DNA from: Pseudomonadales bacterium
GTDB taxonomy: Bacteria > Pseudomonadota > Gammaproteobacteria > Pseudomonadales > CAWVSB01
Length of the DNA stretch: 64,000 bases
Assembly: GCA_046710535.1 (NCBI GenBank)
Contig: JBKEHH010000007.1
Location: 32,639 to 96,638 of the forward strand
Direction: 5' to 3'
The position numbers and the translations under genes are program-made. Position 1 is the first letter of the stretch; each line of letters opens with the position of its first letter. The notes beneath the pieces were generated by a model that was not told the DNA's origin, did not search any database, and saw only the letters and a program-made list of their open reading frames with translations. Below are positions 50,031-60,473 of this stretch, piece by piece.

Positions 50031-51251
50031 TTACTGGTCAACATAGGTGGAAATTGCTCGCAGCATTGTTACATTTTCATTCATATGGGCAGTAAAGTTT
50101 GGGTCTACGGCCGTCCGGGCAATAACCACTCCCCGTTTTTCATCCACCCAAATATGTTGGCTCCAAATACCTGATGCAAAATATTCTCGGTCATAGTCTT
50201 CAGGCACCCACCATTGGTATTGATAGCCGCGGTAGCCTCTTACGTTTTTAGGCTGTACATGGGGGCTGTCAGGTGTAGTGGCTTCCACTATCCATTGTTT
50301 AGATAGCAACTGTTGGCCATTCCAGACGCCGCCTAATCGATATAGTTCGCCCAAGTGGGCAAAATCTCTAAGGGTCGCGTTAAGGCAGCAAAAAGTGACT
50401 GCCGACTTTTCATCACTGCTATCTAGTAACCAATTGGCATCTGACCCCATCCCTGCAGGTTGCCATAGCCGTTGTTCAATAATTTCTGCGAATGGCCTTT
50501 ACATGACCTTTTCAACTAGCCAGCCTAAAATTTGAGTGTCACTAGAGCGATACTCCCAGCGGCTGCCTGGCTCTTCTTTTTTGCCATAGTCACCGGCTAA
50601 CTGATTCATATTGAGGCCAAATATCCATGCGGCATTAGTTATCTTTTGCACATCTGAAAAAGCTAATGCGGTGTTGCTGCCAGCCGCACCATAAGATTCA
50701 AAAAAATCTACGCCGGATGACATTTGCAACACATCTTTAATGGTCGCTTCGCCATATGCTTTACCGCTTAATTCAGGAATATACTTTTGGACTTGGTCAT
50801 CAACGCTGGCAATTAAACCATCGTCAATTGCCATGCCTACCATGGTAGAGACAAAGCTTTTTGCGACCGACCAGCTTGTGTGCAAACTGTCTTTAGTTTC
50901 ACCTAGGCGATATTGCTCGTGGATAACAATTCCGTCTTTAATAACAATTAAACCAGTAGTATTAGTGCGTTCTAAATTGTCTGACAGGGCAATAGTTTTA
51001 CCGTCAAACTGATAGCTAAACTCTAACGGCTTAGACTGATTTGGCCACTGATGAGTTTGCTCTGCTTTGTGAATAGGCTGTGATGGATAGAGTTTATCCA
51101 TATTGCGAAAATGCTCGACGCGCTCACCCTCTAAAAAGGTTCTAGTCATGTCGGCAGGCGAGTACTCAGCCCAAGGTTGATAGAAGATAAGCGCTGCGGT
51201 TATAACTATCATCAGCAGTATGGCGCCGATAGCTTTTAGCCATGGTGACAT
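50031..51251 (-). pseudogene. Beta-lactamase-family serine hydrolase gene interrupted by an in-frame TAA (50499..50501)
   Basis: Track ORFs 50499..51251 (SxxK motif SWSVAKS) and 50031..50450 share one frame: ...ILGWLVEKVM*RPFAEIIEQRLWQPAGMGSDANWLLD... The bridging 16 codons are typical family sequence. Confidence 0.75.
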
Positions 51252-51277
51252 TGTTGTATCCCTATTTATTGTTAATG

Positions 51278-53698
51278 TTAACTATTATCGGGTGGGTCTA
51301 TGCGGCTTAAAGTACCGTGATCAGCATCTAGGCGCACATAATCACCAGTGCTGAATACTTTAGTGGCAGTGCGTAAATTTACAATTGCAGGTAAACCGTA
51401 TTCGCGGGCAATTACCGCCCCATGAGACACGGCGCTGCCAACATCAGTGGCTAAACCGGCAATAGAGCTAAAATATGGCGTCCAGCCAACATCTGTTATC
51501 GGGGTGATTAATATCTCGCCCGGTTGTAAGCCTGCGGCTTCACTTAGCGTTGTTGCAACTCGCGCATAGCCTTCAACCACGCCCAAGCTTACTGGGCGGC
51601 CAGTGAGCTCACCTGCCACAGTCGATTCGCTAGCTTGATAAACAATTGGCTCAGGATTGCCAACGTAAATATCATCAAACTCCAGTTTTTCATGAAACGA
51701 TAAAGCTACTCGCCGCTCTTTAGCCAATTGATTATCGCTGGCCGCAGGTGCATGGCAAAACATTTTTAGCTCGTCATGGGTTAAAAAGAACACTAAGTCA
51801 GCATCGCTTAAATGGCCTGCCTGTTCTAATAGCTCCCCTAAATGACGATAGCCCCGCTTTAACCGATGGGTAGCCATTACCATCATCGACTTAGTATGTT
51901 CGCGCTGGCGAATTGCATAGTGGGCTTTCGGCAACAGCCACCGCAGGGTGCGGCTGAGCGCAGCAAAATCAATTTTAGGTGTTTGTTTTGGCGTGTAATT
52001 GCCACTGTCTCTAGCTTTTAAGGCGGCCTGCATGGTTTCTACTACCGCTATGGGGCGATCAATCCAGCCTTGTTCTCTAACGCAGAGCTCACGATAAGAC
52101 CGGTGGCCATGGCGAGCTAAAAACTCCTTAAATACAGTGCCAGGGTTGGTTGCTTTGTTATTCCCTACAGACTCAAAACTCTGTAACCACTTAAGCGCGG
52201 CTTCACTGTCGCCTTTGGCAAACACTTCGCGGCTGTCAGGGTGCTCAGCAATTACATCTACCACGCAGTCTAAATGGGCAACCAGTAAGGCGCTTTCAAC
52301 TTCACTGGCGCCAGCAAACAGCTTTGCGGCGTCTGCTTGTTGCTGTGTAGTGGGTGGATGCTGTCCCTCAGAGACAATTCCTTGCACAATCCCCTCCATC
52401 AGGCCAGAGCTGGCAGACGAGCGCAGATGCACTTCGGTTACTTCATTTAGCCATGGCAGCATTTCATCTAACTTAGCTATCATGGCCTCAGGCTCGTCTG
52501 ACAGCGTCACATCTAATTGATCAAAGCGCTGCTCAAATTCGCTAATCGTTTTTTTAGCTGCCATGCAATAACGCAAAAATTTATAGCTGCCGTACCAGCG
52601 TTGCCAGGGCGGGGCTTTAAAGTCAGGTTCTTTTAATTCAGTAATAGGGCGGCCACATAAACTCTGAGCCATAGTCTCAACGGTGTTGACCGAAACATAG
52701 CTGGCACTTTTCATCCCGCCGCTCATATTCAAAAACATATGGCCAAAAAATAAATTTAACTGAGTCCACTCTTCGGTGATTGCTGGCCGCACGCCCCAAC
52801 ACACATGCATGTGCTGCATACCATGCTCTATCGCTCGACCTTGTACTGAAAATGTCAGCGGGCAAACTGCGCCTGGCATCATTTCACCCACATTGCAGCG
52901 GGTAATGACATCACTTTGGTCAATGGCAGTATCTAGCTCATTTAGGTCGGCGCCTAATGTCGTCACCGGGCGCGCTTGCAACCAATATAGGTTGTCATCA
53001 GCATCAATCGCCCATTCCATATCTAAATGCGCTGCTAACTGTTCACTAGCCGTTCTAGCACCATCGGCCAGTGCTTTAATGTGGTCGTTGTTTAGTAACG
53101 GCAGCTCGCCGCTTAGCTCTTGCTGGCATAGCTCATTACTAAGGTTTAGCTCATAGTGGTCGGGGGTGACTTCACCGCTAACTAATGCTTCGCCTAGGCC
53201 TGCTACGGCATCTATCACCAGGCGGTCGTGACGGCCGCTAACAGGGTCGGCGGTAAACAACACACCGGCTGCCTTGGGTTGCACCATACGTTGTACCACC
53301 ACACACATAGACGCTTCGCTAATATTGGTTTGTTGTTGCTTATAGGCGTTAGCATGGCTGCTATCAAGTGAGGCGACGCACCGGTTAATCGCATGTTTTA
53401 AAGCAGGGATGCCCTCAACATTTAAAATAGTTTCATATTGGCCAGCGAAAGAGCTATCAACGCCGTCTTCACCAATAGCTGAGGAGCGCACGGCTACCAA
53501 TCCGCCACCGATAGATTGATAAAAATCCTCTAGTCGATCTATGTCAGTATTTTGTTGGGCGTTAATAATCACAAACGCATTGGGTACAGCTAGGCCAATA
53601 CTAACCAGCTTGGCTAGGCCATGGGCTTTGCCGCCAACAGACTGATGGTCTATATCGCTAATCGCTAATAGTTGTGGTGAGGCTGTTAATGTTTGCAT
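51278..53698 (-). CDS. PEP-utilising three-domain enzyme (N-terminal PPDK_N ATP-grasp, central domain, C-terminal swivel His domain), rifampicin-phosphotransferase/PEP-synthase-like
   Basis: 806 aa. N-terminus GGKAHGLAKL..GLAVPNAFVI. C-terminus GWTPYFSSIAGLATDVGSAVSHGAVIAREYGLPAIV (phosphohistidine swivel motif). Confidence 0.8.
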   Translation of the reverse strand: MQTLTASPQLLAISDIDHQSVGGKAHGLAKLVSIGLAVPNAFVIINAQQNTDIDRLEDFYQSIGGGLVAVRSSAIGEDGVDSSFAGQYETILNVEGIPALKHAINRCVASLDSSHANAYKQQQTNISEASMCVVVQRMVQPKAAGVLFTADPVSGRHDRLVIDAVAGLGEALVSGEVTPDHYELNLSNELCQQELSGELPLLNNDHIKALADGARTASEQLAAHLDMEWAIDADDNLYWLQARPVTTLGADLNELDTAIDQSDVITRCNVGEMMPGAVCPLTFSVQGRAIEHGMQHMHVCWGVRPAITEEWTQLNLFFGHMFLNMSGGMKSASYVSVNTVETMAQSLCGRPITELKEPDFKAPPWQRWYGSYKFLRYCMAAKKTISEFEQRFDQLDVTLSDEPEAMIAKLDEMLPWLNEVTEVHLRSSASSGLMEGIVQGIVSEGQHPPTTQQQADAAKLFAGASEVESALLVAHLDCVVDVIAEHPDSREVFAKGDSEAALKWLQSFESVGNNKATNPGTVFKEFLARHGHRSYRELCVREQGWIDRPIAVVETMQAALKARDSGNYTPKQTPKIDFAALSRTLRWLLPKAHYAIRQREHTKSMMVMATHRLKRGYRHLGELLEQAGHLSDADLVFFLTHDELKMFCHAPAASDNQLAKERRVALSFHEKLEFDDIYVGNPEPIVYQASESTVAGELTGRPVSLGVVEGYARVATTLSEAAGLQPGEILITPITDVGWTPYFSSIAGLATDVGSAVSHGAVIAREYGLPAIVNLRTATKVFSTGDYVRLDADHGTLSRIDPPDNS

Positions 53699-53828
53699 GG
53701 CAACTAGTGGCTTGACCTATATAATAATAAGATAATATCTAAACCGTAGTGCATAAAGGTAAAGTTGGCGACTTGACTTTGTTTAATTTGCGTGGTCAAC
53801 AGGGCCGCCACTGCTGAAAGGAGAGAAA

Positions 53829-54854
53829 ATGCAGCATGTAGTTTTTGGTGCAGGGCTTATTGGCGGTTATCTCGCAGGCTCAATGATTAATAGCGGGATG
53901 AATGTAAGTTTGGCGGCGCGGCCTTCGGTACAAACAAAGCTAAGCGATGGCTTAGTGTTAACCGACTATCAAGACCACCATGCCAGCATAGACCTTGTGC
54001 CGTTTATAGCCGAGAGCACCTTGCGCGAAGCGCCTGCTTCTCACGCCTGTGACTATTTATGGCTTACAGTTAAATGCACGGATGTTGATAGTTCTTTAAC
54101 TGATTTACCCGCTTTAGTTGGCCCCAATACGGTTATCTTTTGTGTACAAAATGGCTTGGGTTCAGAGCCAAGTGTTAAAGCTAAATTCCCCAATAACAAA
54201 GTTATGCGCGCCATGGTGGTGTTCAATGTTGCCGAACCTAAGATTGGTCATTTGCATCGTGGCTCTGAAGGTAACCTTAGTATTGAAGAGCTAGCCGATT
54301 ACCCCGCTATTGCCCGCGCTATCGCAGCGCAAATAAATAGCCCATTATTGCCGGCCCAAAGTTGTGATCATATGCAGGCTTTATTATGGGCCAAGTTACA
54401 GCTTAATTTGGCTAACGCTGTAAACGCCTTGGCAGATATTCCAGTAAAACAAATGATCGAAGATAGAGACTTTCGCCGGGTTATGACGCTATTAATGCGT
54501 GAATTAATAGCTGTAACCAAAGCCAAAAATATAGACATGCCTAAAGTTGCGGCGATTCCTGCACATGTAATTCCTATTATTTTATCACTACCTAATTTTA
54601 TTTTTAAATTGATAGCGCAGAAAATGTTAGCTGTAGACCCGACTGTACGTGCCTCTATGTGGTGGGATTTACGCGCAGGCAAACTAACTGAGATAGACTA
54701 TTTAAATGCAGTGGTTGTAGCCGAGGGCGAAGCATTAGGTGTAGCGTGCCCTGCTAACAAAAAATTGGTCGCTATGATGCATCGCGCTGAACAAGGCGAC
54801 TTAGCTCAAGGTATTAGTGGTAGAGATTTATTGACTGCATTAACCAGCGAATGA
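53829..54854 (+). CDS. 2-dehydropantoate 2-reductase (ApbA/PanE) family oxidoreductase
   Basis: 341 aa. N-terminal VFGAGLIGGYLAG fold. Central KLQLN and C-terminal S..D....K.TE.D..NG motifs of the ketopantoate reductase family. Confidence 0.8.
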   Translation: MQHVVFGAGLIGGYLAGSMINSGMNVSLAARPSVQTKLSDGLVLTDYQDHHASIDLVPFIAESTLREAPASHACDYLWLTVKCTDVDSSLTDLPALVGPNTVIFCVQNGLGSEPSVKAKFPNNKVMRAMVVFNVAEPKIGHLHRGSEGNLSIEELADYPAIARAIAAQINSPLLPAQSCDHMQALLWAKLQLNLANAVNALADIPVKQMIEDRDFRRVMTLLMRELIAVTKAKNIDMPKVAAIPAHVIPIILSLPNFIFKLIAQKMLAVDPTVRASMWWDLRAGKLTEIDYLNAVVVAEGEALGVACPANKKLVAMMHRAEQGDLAQGISGRDLLTALTSE

Positions 54855-55510
54855 AAACCACAGAGCAGCTAACAAAGTCGACTGAGCAAACCACGCTGCA
54901 TTATATTTACGACCCAATGTGTAGCTGGTGTTGGGGCTTTAGGCCAACTTGGAATGCCATTCAGGCAGGCTTACCCCAAGGTGTTGCCGTAGAATATGTA
55001 GCCGCTGGTTTAGCCCCTGATAGTGATCAGCCTATGTCGCAAGCCATGCGTGAAACTATTGAAGGTTATTGGCATGAAATTGAGCGTAAGTTAGGCGCCG
55101 AGTTTAACTATGAATTTTGGCGCTTAAATACACCACGGCGCGCAACCTATAATGCGTGCCGCGCGGCTATTGCCGCCAAGCTGCAGGGGCGAGAGGAAGC
55201 TATGGTGAATGCTATCCAACAGGCTTACTATTTACGTGCAATGAATCCATCGGATATATCGATGTTAGTGGGCTTGGCTCAAGAGCTTGCAGAAAATGAT
55301 GATGACTTCACTGTTGATCAATTTAAGCAAGATCTAACCTCCATTGAAGTAGACCAAGAATTTAACCGTCAGCGAGATTTTGCCCAGCAAATTTCATCCC
55401 AAGGCTACCCATCTTTAGTGTTAAAATATCAGAATGTGCATTACCCCATAGTACGCGACTATCTCAATGCCGATGCGGCATTAAACGATATTAAGCAGCT
55501 ACTAAATTAA
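54851..55510 (+). CDS. DsbA-family thioredoxin-fold protein
   Basis: 219 aa. CSWCWG (CxxC) near the N-terminus. 4-bp overlap with the upstream gene. Confidence 0.8.
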   Translation: MKTTEQLTKSTEQTTLHYIYDPMCSWCWGFRPTWNAIQAGLPQGVAVEYVAAGLAPDSDQPMSQAMRETIEGYWHEIERKLGAEFNYEFWRLNTPRRATYNACRAAIAAKLQGREEAMVNAIQQAYYLRAMNPSDISMLVGLAQELAENDDDFTVDQFKQDLTSIEVDQEFNRQRDFAQQISSQGYPSLVLKYQNVHYPIVRDYLNADAALNDIKQLLN

Positions 55511-55529
55511 TCAAATCGAGGAATTATTA

Positions 55530-56135
55530 ATGTCAGAGATTGGCAGAGTGCTATTGGTACGTCATGGGCAAACGTTTGCCAATATTAATAAAGTTTGGCA
55601 TGGCCATACCGATACCGCCTTAACCAAGGAAGGTGAAGGCCAAGCGATTATGCTAGGGAAGTATTTTCATAATTATCTGCCGCAAGTTCATGCTATCTAT
55701 GCCAGTCCATTACAGCGTGCCCACAATACTGCTAAGCAAATAGCGCTTAATAGCGGCGCAGAAATTGGCCTAGACGCGCGCTTAATGGAGTTTGGTGTAG
55801 GCGACTTTGAAGACATGAGCTTTGATGAATTATCTGATACTCATGACTTTTTTGCCAAAATGATGGCTGATGAGCATCACCGCGCACCCAACGGAGAGAC
55901 CCGCTATGAAGTAGGTAAGCGTTTTGTTGAAGCGGTGGAAGAAAAAGCTGATCAGCATCAAGGCGAGAATATAGTCATTGTCGCTCACGGTATTTCTATT
56001 GGTTGTGGTCTTGCCCATTGGGAGCATAACGACACCGCCAAATGGGTAGATTATCGTTTAGGTAACACCTCTGTGAGTGAGGTAAATTTAGCCACCGGAA
56101 GCGTAATCTACTTTAATAAAAGTGAGCATATTTGA
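55530..56135 (+). CDS. Histidine phosphatase family protein (phosphoglycerate mutase-like)
   Basis: 201 aa. LVRHGQT catalytic RHG motif and a downstream AHG motif. Confidence 0.85.
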   Translation: MSEIGRVLLVRHGQTFANINKVWHGHTDTALTKEGEGQAIMLGKYFHNYLPQVHAIYASPLQRAHNTAKQIALNSGAEIGLDARLMEFGVGDFEDMSFDELSDTHDFFAKMMADEHHRAPNGETRYEVGKRFVEAVEEKADQHQGENIVIVAHGISIGCGLAHWEHNDTAKWVDYRLGNTSVSEVNLATGSVIYFNKSEHI

Positions 56136-56138
56136 TTG

Positions 56139-56753
56139 CTAGCTCGCAATGCCCCAATAATTAAAGCCAGCAATCTTTGGGGTGCTGGGCAAATACATAC
56201 TGTCTAAACTGTCGATGGTAAAACCGCCTTGGCGCAACAGTTGTGGAATGTCGCGGTTTATATTGCAGCCGCCAAATAGTACTTTCCAGGTTGGGTTTAT
56301 GCGGTTTTGCCATTTGCTCACGGTCGCATCTGGCGCTTGGCCATGCTCACAAAAAATTAGTTTACCATTGGGCTTTAATACGCGGCGCATTCCCTCTAGC
56401 GCAGTGACTGGGTCAGGTATGGTACACAAGCTATAGGTGACTAATACAGTATCTATACTGTTGTCGTCTAATGGTATTTGCTCACTGGGCAGGCCAATAA
56501 ACTCTACCTCGAAGGGCAAGTTTTCGGCGCGCTCGCCAGCTAATTTCCACGACGCTTCTGATGGGTCTAAACCAATCACTTTTTCTACTTTATTGGCATC
56601 GTAATAATCTAGATTGATGCCAGTGCCAATACCTATCTCTAAGACTCGACCACTGGCTAATGGCACTACTTTCTCTCGCTGTTTTAAAATTGGCTTGGTG
56701 CCGCAGGCACAGTTAATAATATGCGGCATTACCTTGTCTTCATAAAAACTCAT
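56139..56753 (-). CDS. Class I SAM-dependent methyltransferase
   Basis: SAM motif I VLEIGIGTGIN plus LKPNGKLIF. The track start is 56801. ATG 56753 (MSFYEDKV) is plausible. Confidence 0.85.
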   Translation of the reverse strand: MSFYEDKVMPHIINCACGTKPILKQREKVVPLASGRVLEIGIGTGINLDYYDANKVEKVIGLDPSEASWKLAGERAENLPFEVEFIGLPSEQIPLDDNSIDTVLVTYSLCTIPDPVTALEGMRRVLKPNGKLIFCEHGQAPDATVSKWQNRINPTWKVLFGGCNINRDIPQLLRQGGFTIDSLDSMYLPSTPKIAGFNYWGIAS

Positions 56754-56902
56754 CACTAAACCCTTATTTTTTGGTATTAACAAATTATGCACTGGCCGCA
56801 TTAAATATGCGAGTGAGTCTCGGCTATTCTTCTATGAGGTAACAAAGGGGCTATATTCAGTGAATAAATTAAACGGATTTTTAATGGACAAAGGACAGTG
56901 TC

Positions 56903-57460
56903 ATGGCCATTTCTATTCAGTATCAAAAATATCGCGAGCAAATGAAAAATGGCGATATATTATTATTTAAGGGTAGTAATATTCTTTCCCAAATAATCCA
57001 ATGGCGTACTGGTTCAGTTTATAGTCATGCTGGCTTAGTGGTGTGGTGGAATGGCCGGCTAATGGTATTAGAGGCAATGGGGCGCGGAGTGGTGGTTGCG
57101 CCAATATCTTATAACTTAAATCACTACAAAGGCGATATAGACTATTTTAGGCCGACCATTGAATTGTCAGATACACAGCGTTTGGCGATGGTTTCATTCG
57201 CTCAAAATCAGTTGAGTAAAAAGTTCGGTTTAATAAAAATTATCAGTTTTTTCATCAAGCTAATGGCCGGCATAAAGCTGGCCAAACTCGATTCGTTAAA
57301 GCCTAAAGGTAAATACTTTTGTTCAGAATATGTCGCGCAAATCTATAATATCGTTGGTATAGACCTAGTGCCAGATTTTAGCGAGTCTTACACATCGCCA
57401 GATAAACTAGAGAAATCTGAGTATTTGGAGATAGTCGGTACATTGTTGAATGCTGACTAA
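56903..57460 (+). CDS. YiiX/DUF830-like permuted papain-fold (NlpC/P60-related) protein
   Basis: 185 aa. GDILLFKG...YSHAGLV (His region) precedes the FCSEYVAQIY (Cys region), the permuted order typical of this family. Confidence 0.6.
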   Translation: MAISIQYQKYREQMKNGDILLFKGSNILSQIIQWRTGSVYSHAGLVVWWNGRLMVLEAMGRGVVVAPISYNLNHYKGDIDYFRPTIELSDTQRLAMVSFAQNQLSKKFGLIKIISFFIKLMAGIKLAKLDSLKPKGKYFCSEYVAQIYNIVGIDLVPDFSESYTSPDKLEKSEYLEIVGTLLNAD

Positions 57461-57564
57461 CGTAAACCTCAGTTTTGTATGTTTAGTAAATTCCGATACT
57501 GCTAGGTTTAATCGGTTAGCAGTATGTCAGCCATTAACAAAGGATCGCCAAATAATACTGATGC

Positions 57565-58329
57565 CTAGTGAAATCCGAACTGACGTGCCATTAGTTTACT
57601 CGCTAGCGATTGCGGTAGAAAGCGCAGTACAAAGTCCAATATTCTGACGTTACCGCCAACTATAATACTTTGCTTGTTGGAGTGTGTTGCAGCCCAAATA
57701 GCGCTAACAATATCTTCTGGTTTTAAGTCGACTCCCATTAAATCCAATAATTGATTAGGCACTGCGTCTAGCATACCGGTAGCAACAAACCCTGGTTTGA
57801 TTAACGTCACTCTGACACCGTGCTGCTTCCACTCGATGCTCAGAGCCTCACACAATCCTCTTACATAAAATTTGGTGGCAGCATAGACGCCAAGCAATGG
57901 TACTCCTCTAATACTCGACGCTGAGCATAAGCAGACCATAATAGAGTTCTCAGTTTCTTGTAGATATGGAAAACCTAATTGAGCCAAATAAGTAAAACCT
58001 TTCACATTAATATCAATCATCAAATCATGTGCGGTGTGATCGATTTCAGAAAATTTACCACCACTTAAAACGCCAGCATTATTAATAATGACATTAATTT
58101 TTCCATTGGTCATTTTGGTGAAGTGTTCAAGAGCTGACCGCACAGAACTATGATCAGTAACATCACAGCGGCTGCCACATGCGTTGCTGAATTCAGCGGT
58201 TTGCAACAGTTCAGTTACGCCAGATTCATTAATGTCGTAAAGCCCCACAAACCAACCTTGGGCGGCAAAATGTTGAGCGGTAGCTAAACCAATGCCGGAG
58301 GCCGCGCCGGTAATAAATACTGACTTCAT
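57565..58329 (-). CDS. SDR family oxidoreductase
   Basis: 254 aa. TGAASGIG cofactor motif, NNAG, and the YAATK (YxxxK) catalytic motif. Confidence 0.9.
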   Translation of the reverse strand: MKSVFITGAASGIGLATAQHFAAQGWFVGLYDINESGVTELLQTAEFSNACGSRCDVTDHSSVRSALEHFTKMTNGKINVIINNAGVLSGGKFSEIDHTAHDLMIDINVKGFTYLAQLGFPYLQETENSIMVCLCSASSIRGVPLLGVYAATKFYVRGLCEALSIEWKQHGVRVTLIKPGFVATGMLDAVPNQLLDLMGVDLKPEDIVSAIWAATHSNKQSIIVGGNVRILDFVLRFLPQSLASKLMARQFGFH

Positions 58330-58406
58330 CAGAAATTCCCCTTACTTTATTTTATATTATTGCATACAGACTATGCAGCAAATTGTTATCGGGCTTCACA
58401 TAAAGG

Positions 58407-58964
58407 CTAATTACTGTCAATAGCAATGACTAAAGTAGAAATAATTTTATAGTAACTAAAAATAACGACAAGGAAAAAAATGAATAGGAGCATCTCATGC
58501 TTAAAATGATGGCGCAGGTAGAAATAGCGGTCTTTATGGTGCAGCACGTCCATTAATTCATCGACGAAGCGAATAGAAAGAAATGTATCGATAACAGATA
58601 AGAAAATAACAATCCAATATGGATAAGGGTTGGTTAATATGACTTTTATGAGTTGGGTAAGAAAGGTAGTCTCATAAAATTCACTGAAATACATTAAGCA
58701 AAAAACATTGATCAATATAGCAATCGCCCATACAACTATTTCCTATAATATCATGCTGATACCAAATATAAGCATCAGCGGGAAATCTAATAAGAAGCCA
58801 GCATCGGCAACTGGTATGCATAGTACAAAAAAGCTCCATGTTATTAAGGCTGCTATACTTCCAGTTAATAAATCATACTGATAGGTTAAATACATAAAAT
58901 AAAAAAATAACAGCAAACATAGTAATAGAAACTTTATTAATACCTGGTGACGAGGATGCTTCAT
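58407..58964 (-). pseudogene. Hypothetical polytopic membrane protein written as two in-frame ORFs separated by TAG (58743..58745)
   Basis: Track ORFs 58743..58964 and 58407..58715 are in the same frame: ...LIFGISMIL*EIVVWAIAILINVFCLMYF... A hydrophobic helix runs through the junction. Confidence 0.55.
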
Positions 58965-59044
58965 GGCCTTCTTATTAACCTGGTTTGTTGATTAATTGTT
59001 TGCTTATACAGTCTAGTGATTAATAGGTTCGTCAGATGAAAAAT

Positions 59045-59263
59045 TTATTGATGTGACGATTTTACTTGGAACTCAATTTATTCGCCTGAGCTATCACGCT
59101 CATGTTCTATATTATATTGAGCTCTTACCGGCACATAAATTCCCTCGTTAGCAATTTGGATCTCAAATTTCTCACCACTTTTTAAAGCGTCTGCTAGACG
59201 GCGAAGCTTTGAAACGAATTTAGCAGTAGAGTAATCTTTTTCTATATCACGTTCCTCTTTCAT
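59045..59263 (-). pseudogene. Amphi-Trp domain protein with an in-frame TAA (59078..59080) ten codons before the frame's final stop
   Basis: ...EHERDSSGE*IEFQVKSSHQ*. The family normally ends in an acidic stretch followed by ELEhEhKW, which corresponds to the segment after the TAA. Confidence 0.5.
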
Positions 59264-59383
59264 TATTGGGCCTACTAAATAGAAGTGGAAGAGAGTGTCG
59301 TCATCTCGCTAGGCTGAAATAAACCCAGCGAAAGGGATGCTCAGTCCGCGTGGATATCACGCGGGCAGTCGAGTCTGGCTTGA

Positions 59384-59857
59384 CTACGTTTTTGCTGTTG
59401 CTCTTAACATCCACGCTGTTTTTTCATGTATGCGCATGCGATCAGAAACTAACGATGCTGTTGATTCATCATCAGCAGCTTGTGCTATTTTCAATACTTC
59501 ACGGGAGGTCTTAATGACTTGTTCATGACCTTTTGTTAGCAGCTCAACCATCTCTGCTGAACTCGGAACACCATCTACCTCTTTAATGGAGCTGAGTTTT
59601 GAAAATTCTTTATAAGTCCCAGGTGCCGGCACATCAAGCGTTCGAATACGTTCAGCAATATCATCGACAGCAATTGCCAATTCCGTATAGTGCTCCTCAA
59701 ACATTAAGTGCAATTCACGAAAGTGTAATCCCGTAACATTCCAATGAAAATTATGGGTTTGTAAATATAGCGTGTAAGAGTCTGCTAGAAGTTTCTTTAA
59801 ACCTTCAGAGATTTCTGTTCTATTTTCTTTGCTTATACCGATGTCTATAGCTGTCAT
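59384..59857 (-). CDS. dps: Dps family DNA starvation/stationary phase protection protein
   Basis: 157 aa. The ferritin-like pattern [19 protein letters not shown]......D..AER is diagnostic for Dps. Confidence 0.9.
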   Translation of the reverse strand: MTAIDIGISKENRTEISEGLKKLLADSYTLYLQTHNFHWNVTGLHFRELHLMFEEHYTELAIAVDDIAERIRTLDVPAPGTYKEFSKLSSIKEVDGVPSSAEMVELLTKGHEQVIKTSREVLKIAQAADDESTASLVSDRMRIHEKTAWMLRATAKT

Positions 59858-59914
59858 TTTATAGCCTCATATTTAAAGTTATGATGAATTGTTAATTCTT
59901 GCTTAGTGACGAAT

Positions 59915-60396
59915 TTAGCTAACGGTCGTCATCGCTTGGTCTCTTTTATTTTTTAGAATGCAATTAATCTTATAGTCAAAATATAATAGTGAAAGCCCAG
60001 TTGTCCAAAAGCCATGAAAGCATGTATTTTTTTCACTATCTAGATAGCAATATGTATTCAGTCTATTTCTTGCTTTAAAGCTCCATAGAATAAGCATTGT
60101 TATTCCAGTGGTATCTACTAGTTTACTAAGCCACTCTATGGGATGTCCTTTCTCAGCAAAGAAACAGGTAATAAATAGAAAAAGCGAAGCATATAAGATA
60201 ACAATTAGTGAGTTTATGAAGCCAACATATACTGTTTTCTATTGTCGACGGCAGAGTTTATTACGGTCGATCGACTTTGAATATAATAGGCAAAATAGAC
60301 ACCGTAGGTAATTACGCCCAAGCTGAGTAGCTCCCATATACTTTGGTTTTTTAAATGTTCTATAAATCCCTTATTTCTCATACTTTGTCCTAACAA
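59915..60396 (-). pseudogene. DUF4234-like small membrane protein gene with a frameshift near 60225-60245
   Basis: ORF 60214..60396 (SIWELLSLGVITYGVYFAYY) ends at TAA. A different frame is open from 60240 (KTVYVGFINSLIVILYASLFLFITCFF...) into track ORF 59915..60097. The junction is at an AGAAAACAG tract. Confidence 0.5.
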
Positions 60397-60473
60397 CTAA
60401 AACTAAGGAGGTATGCTGTCAGTTAAAGTGTATATCTGCTGTGCGGCCTTGCTGCGAGCGCTGCCTGTGGTTT

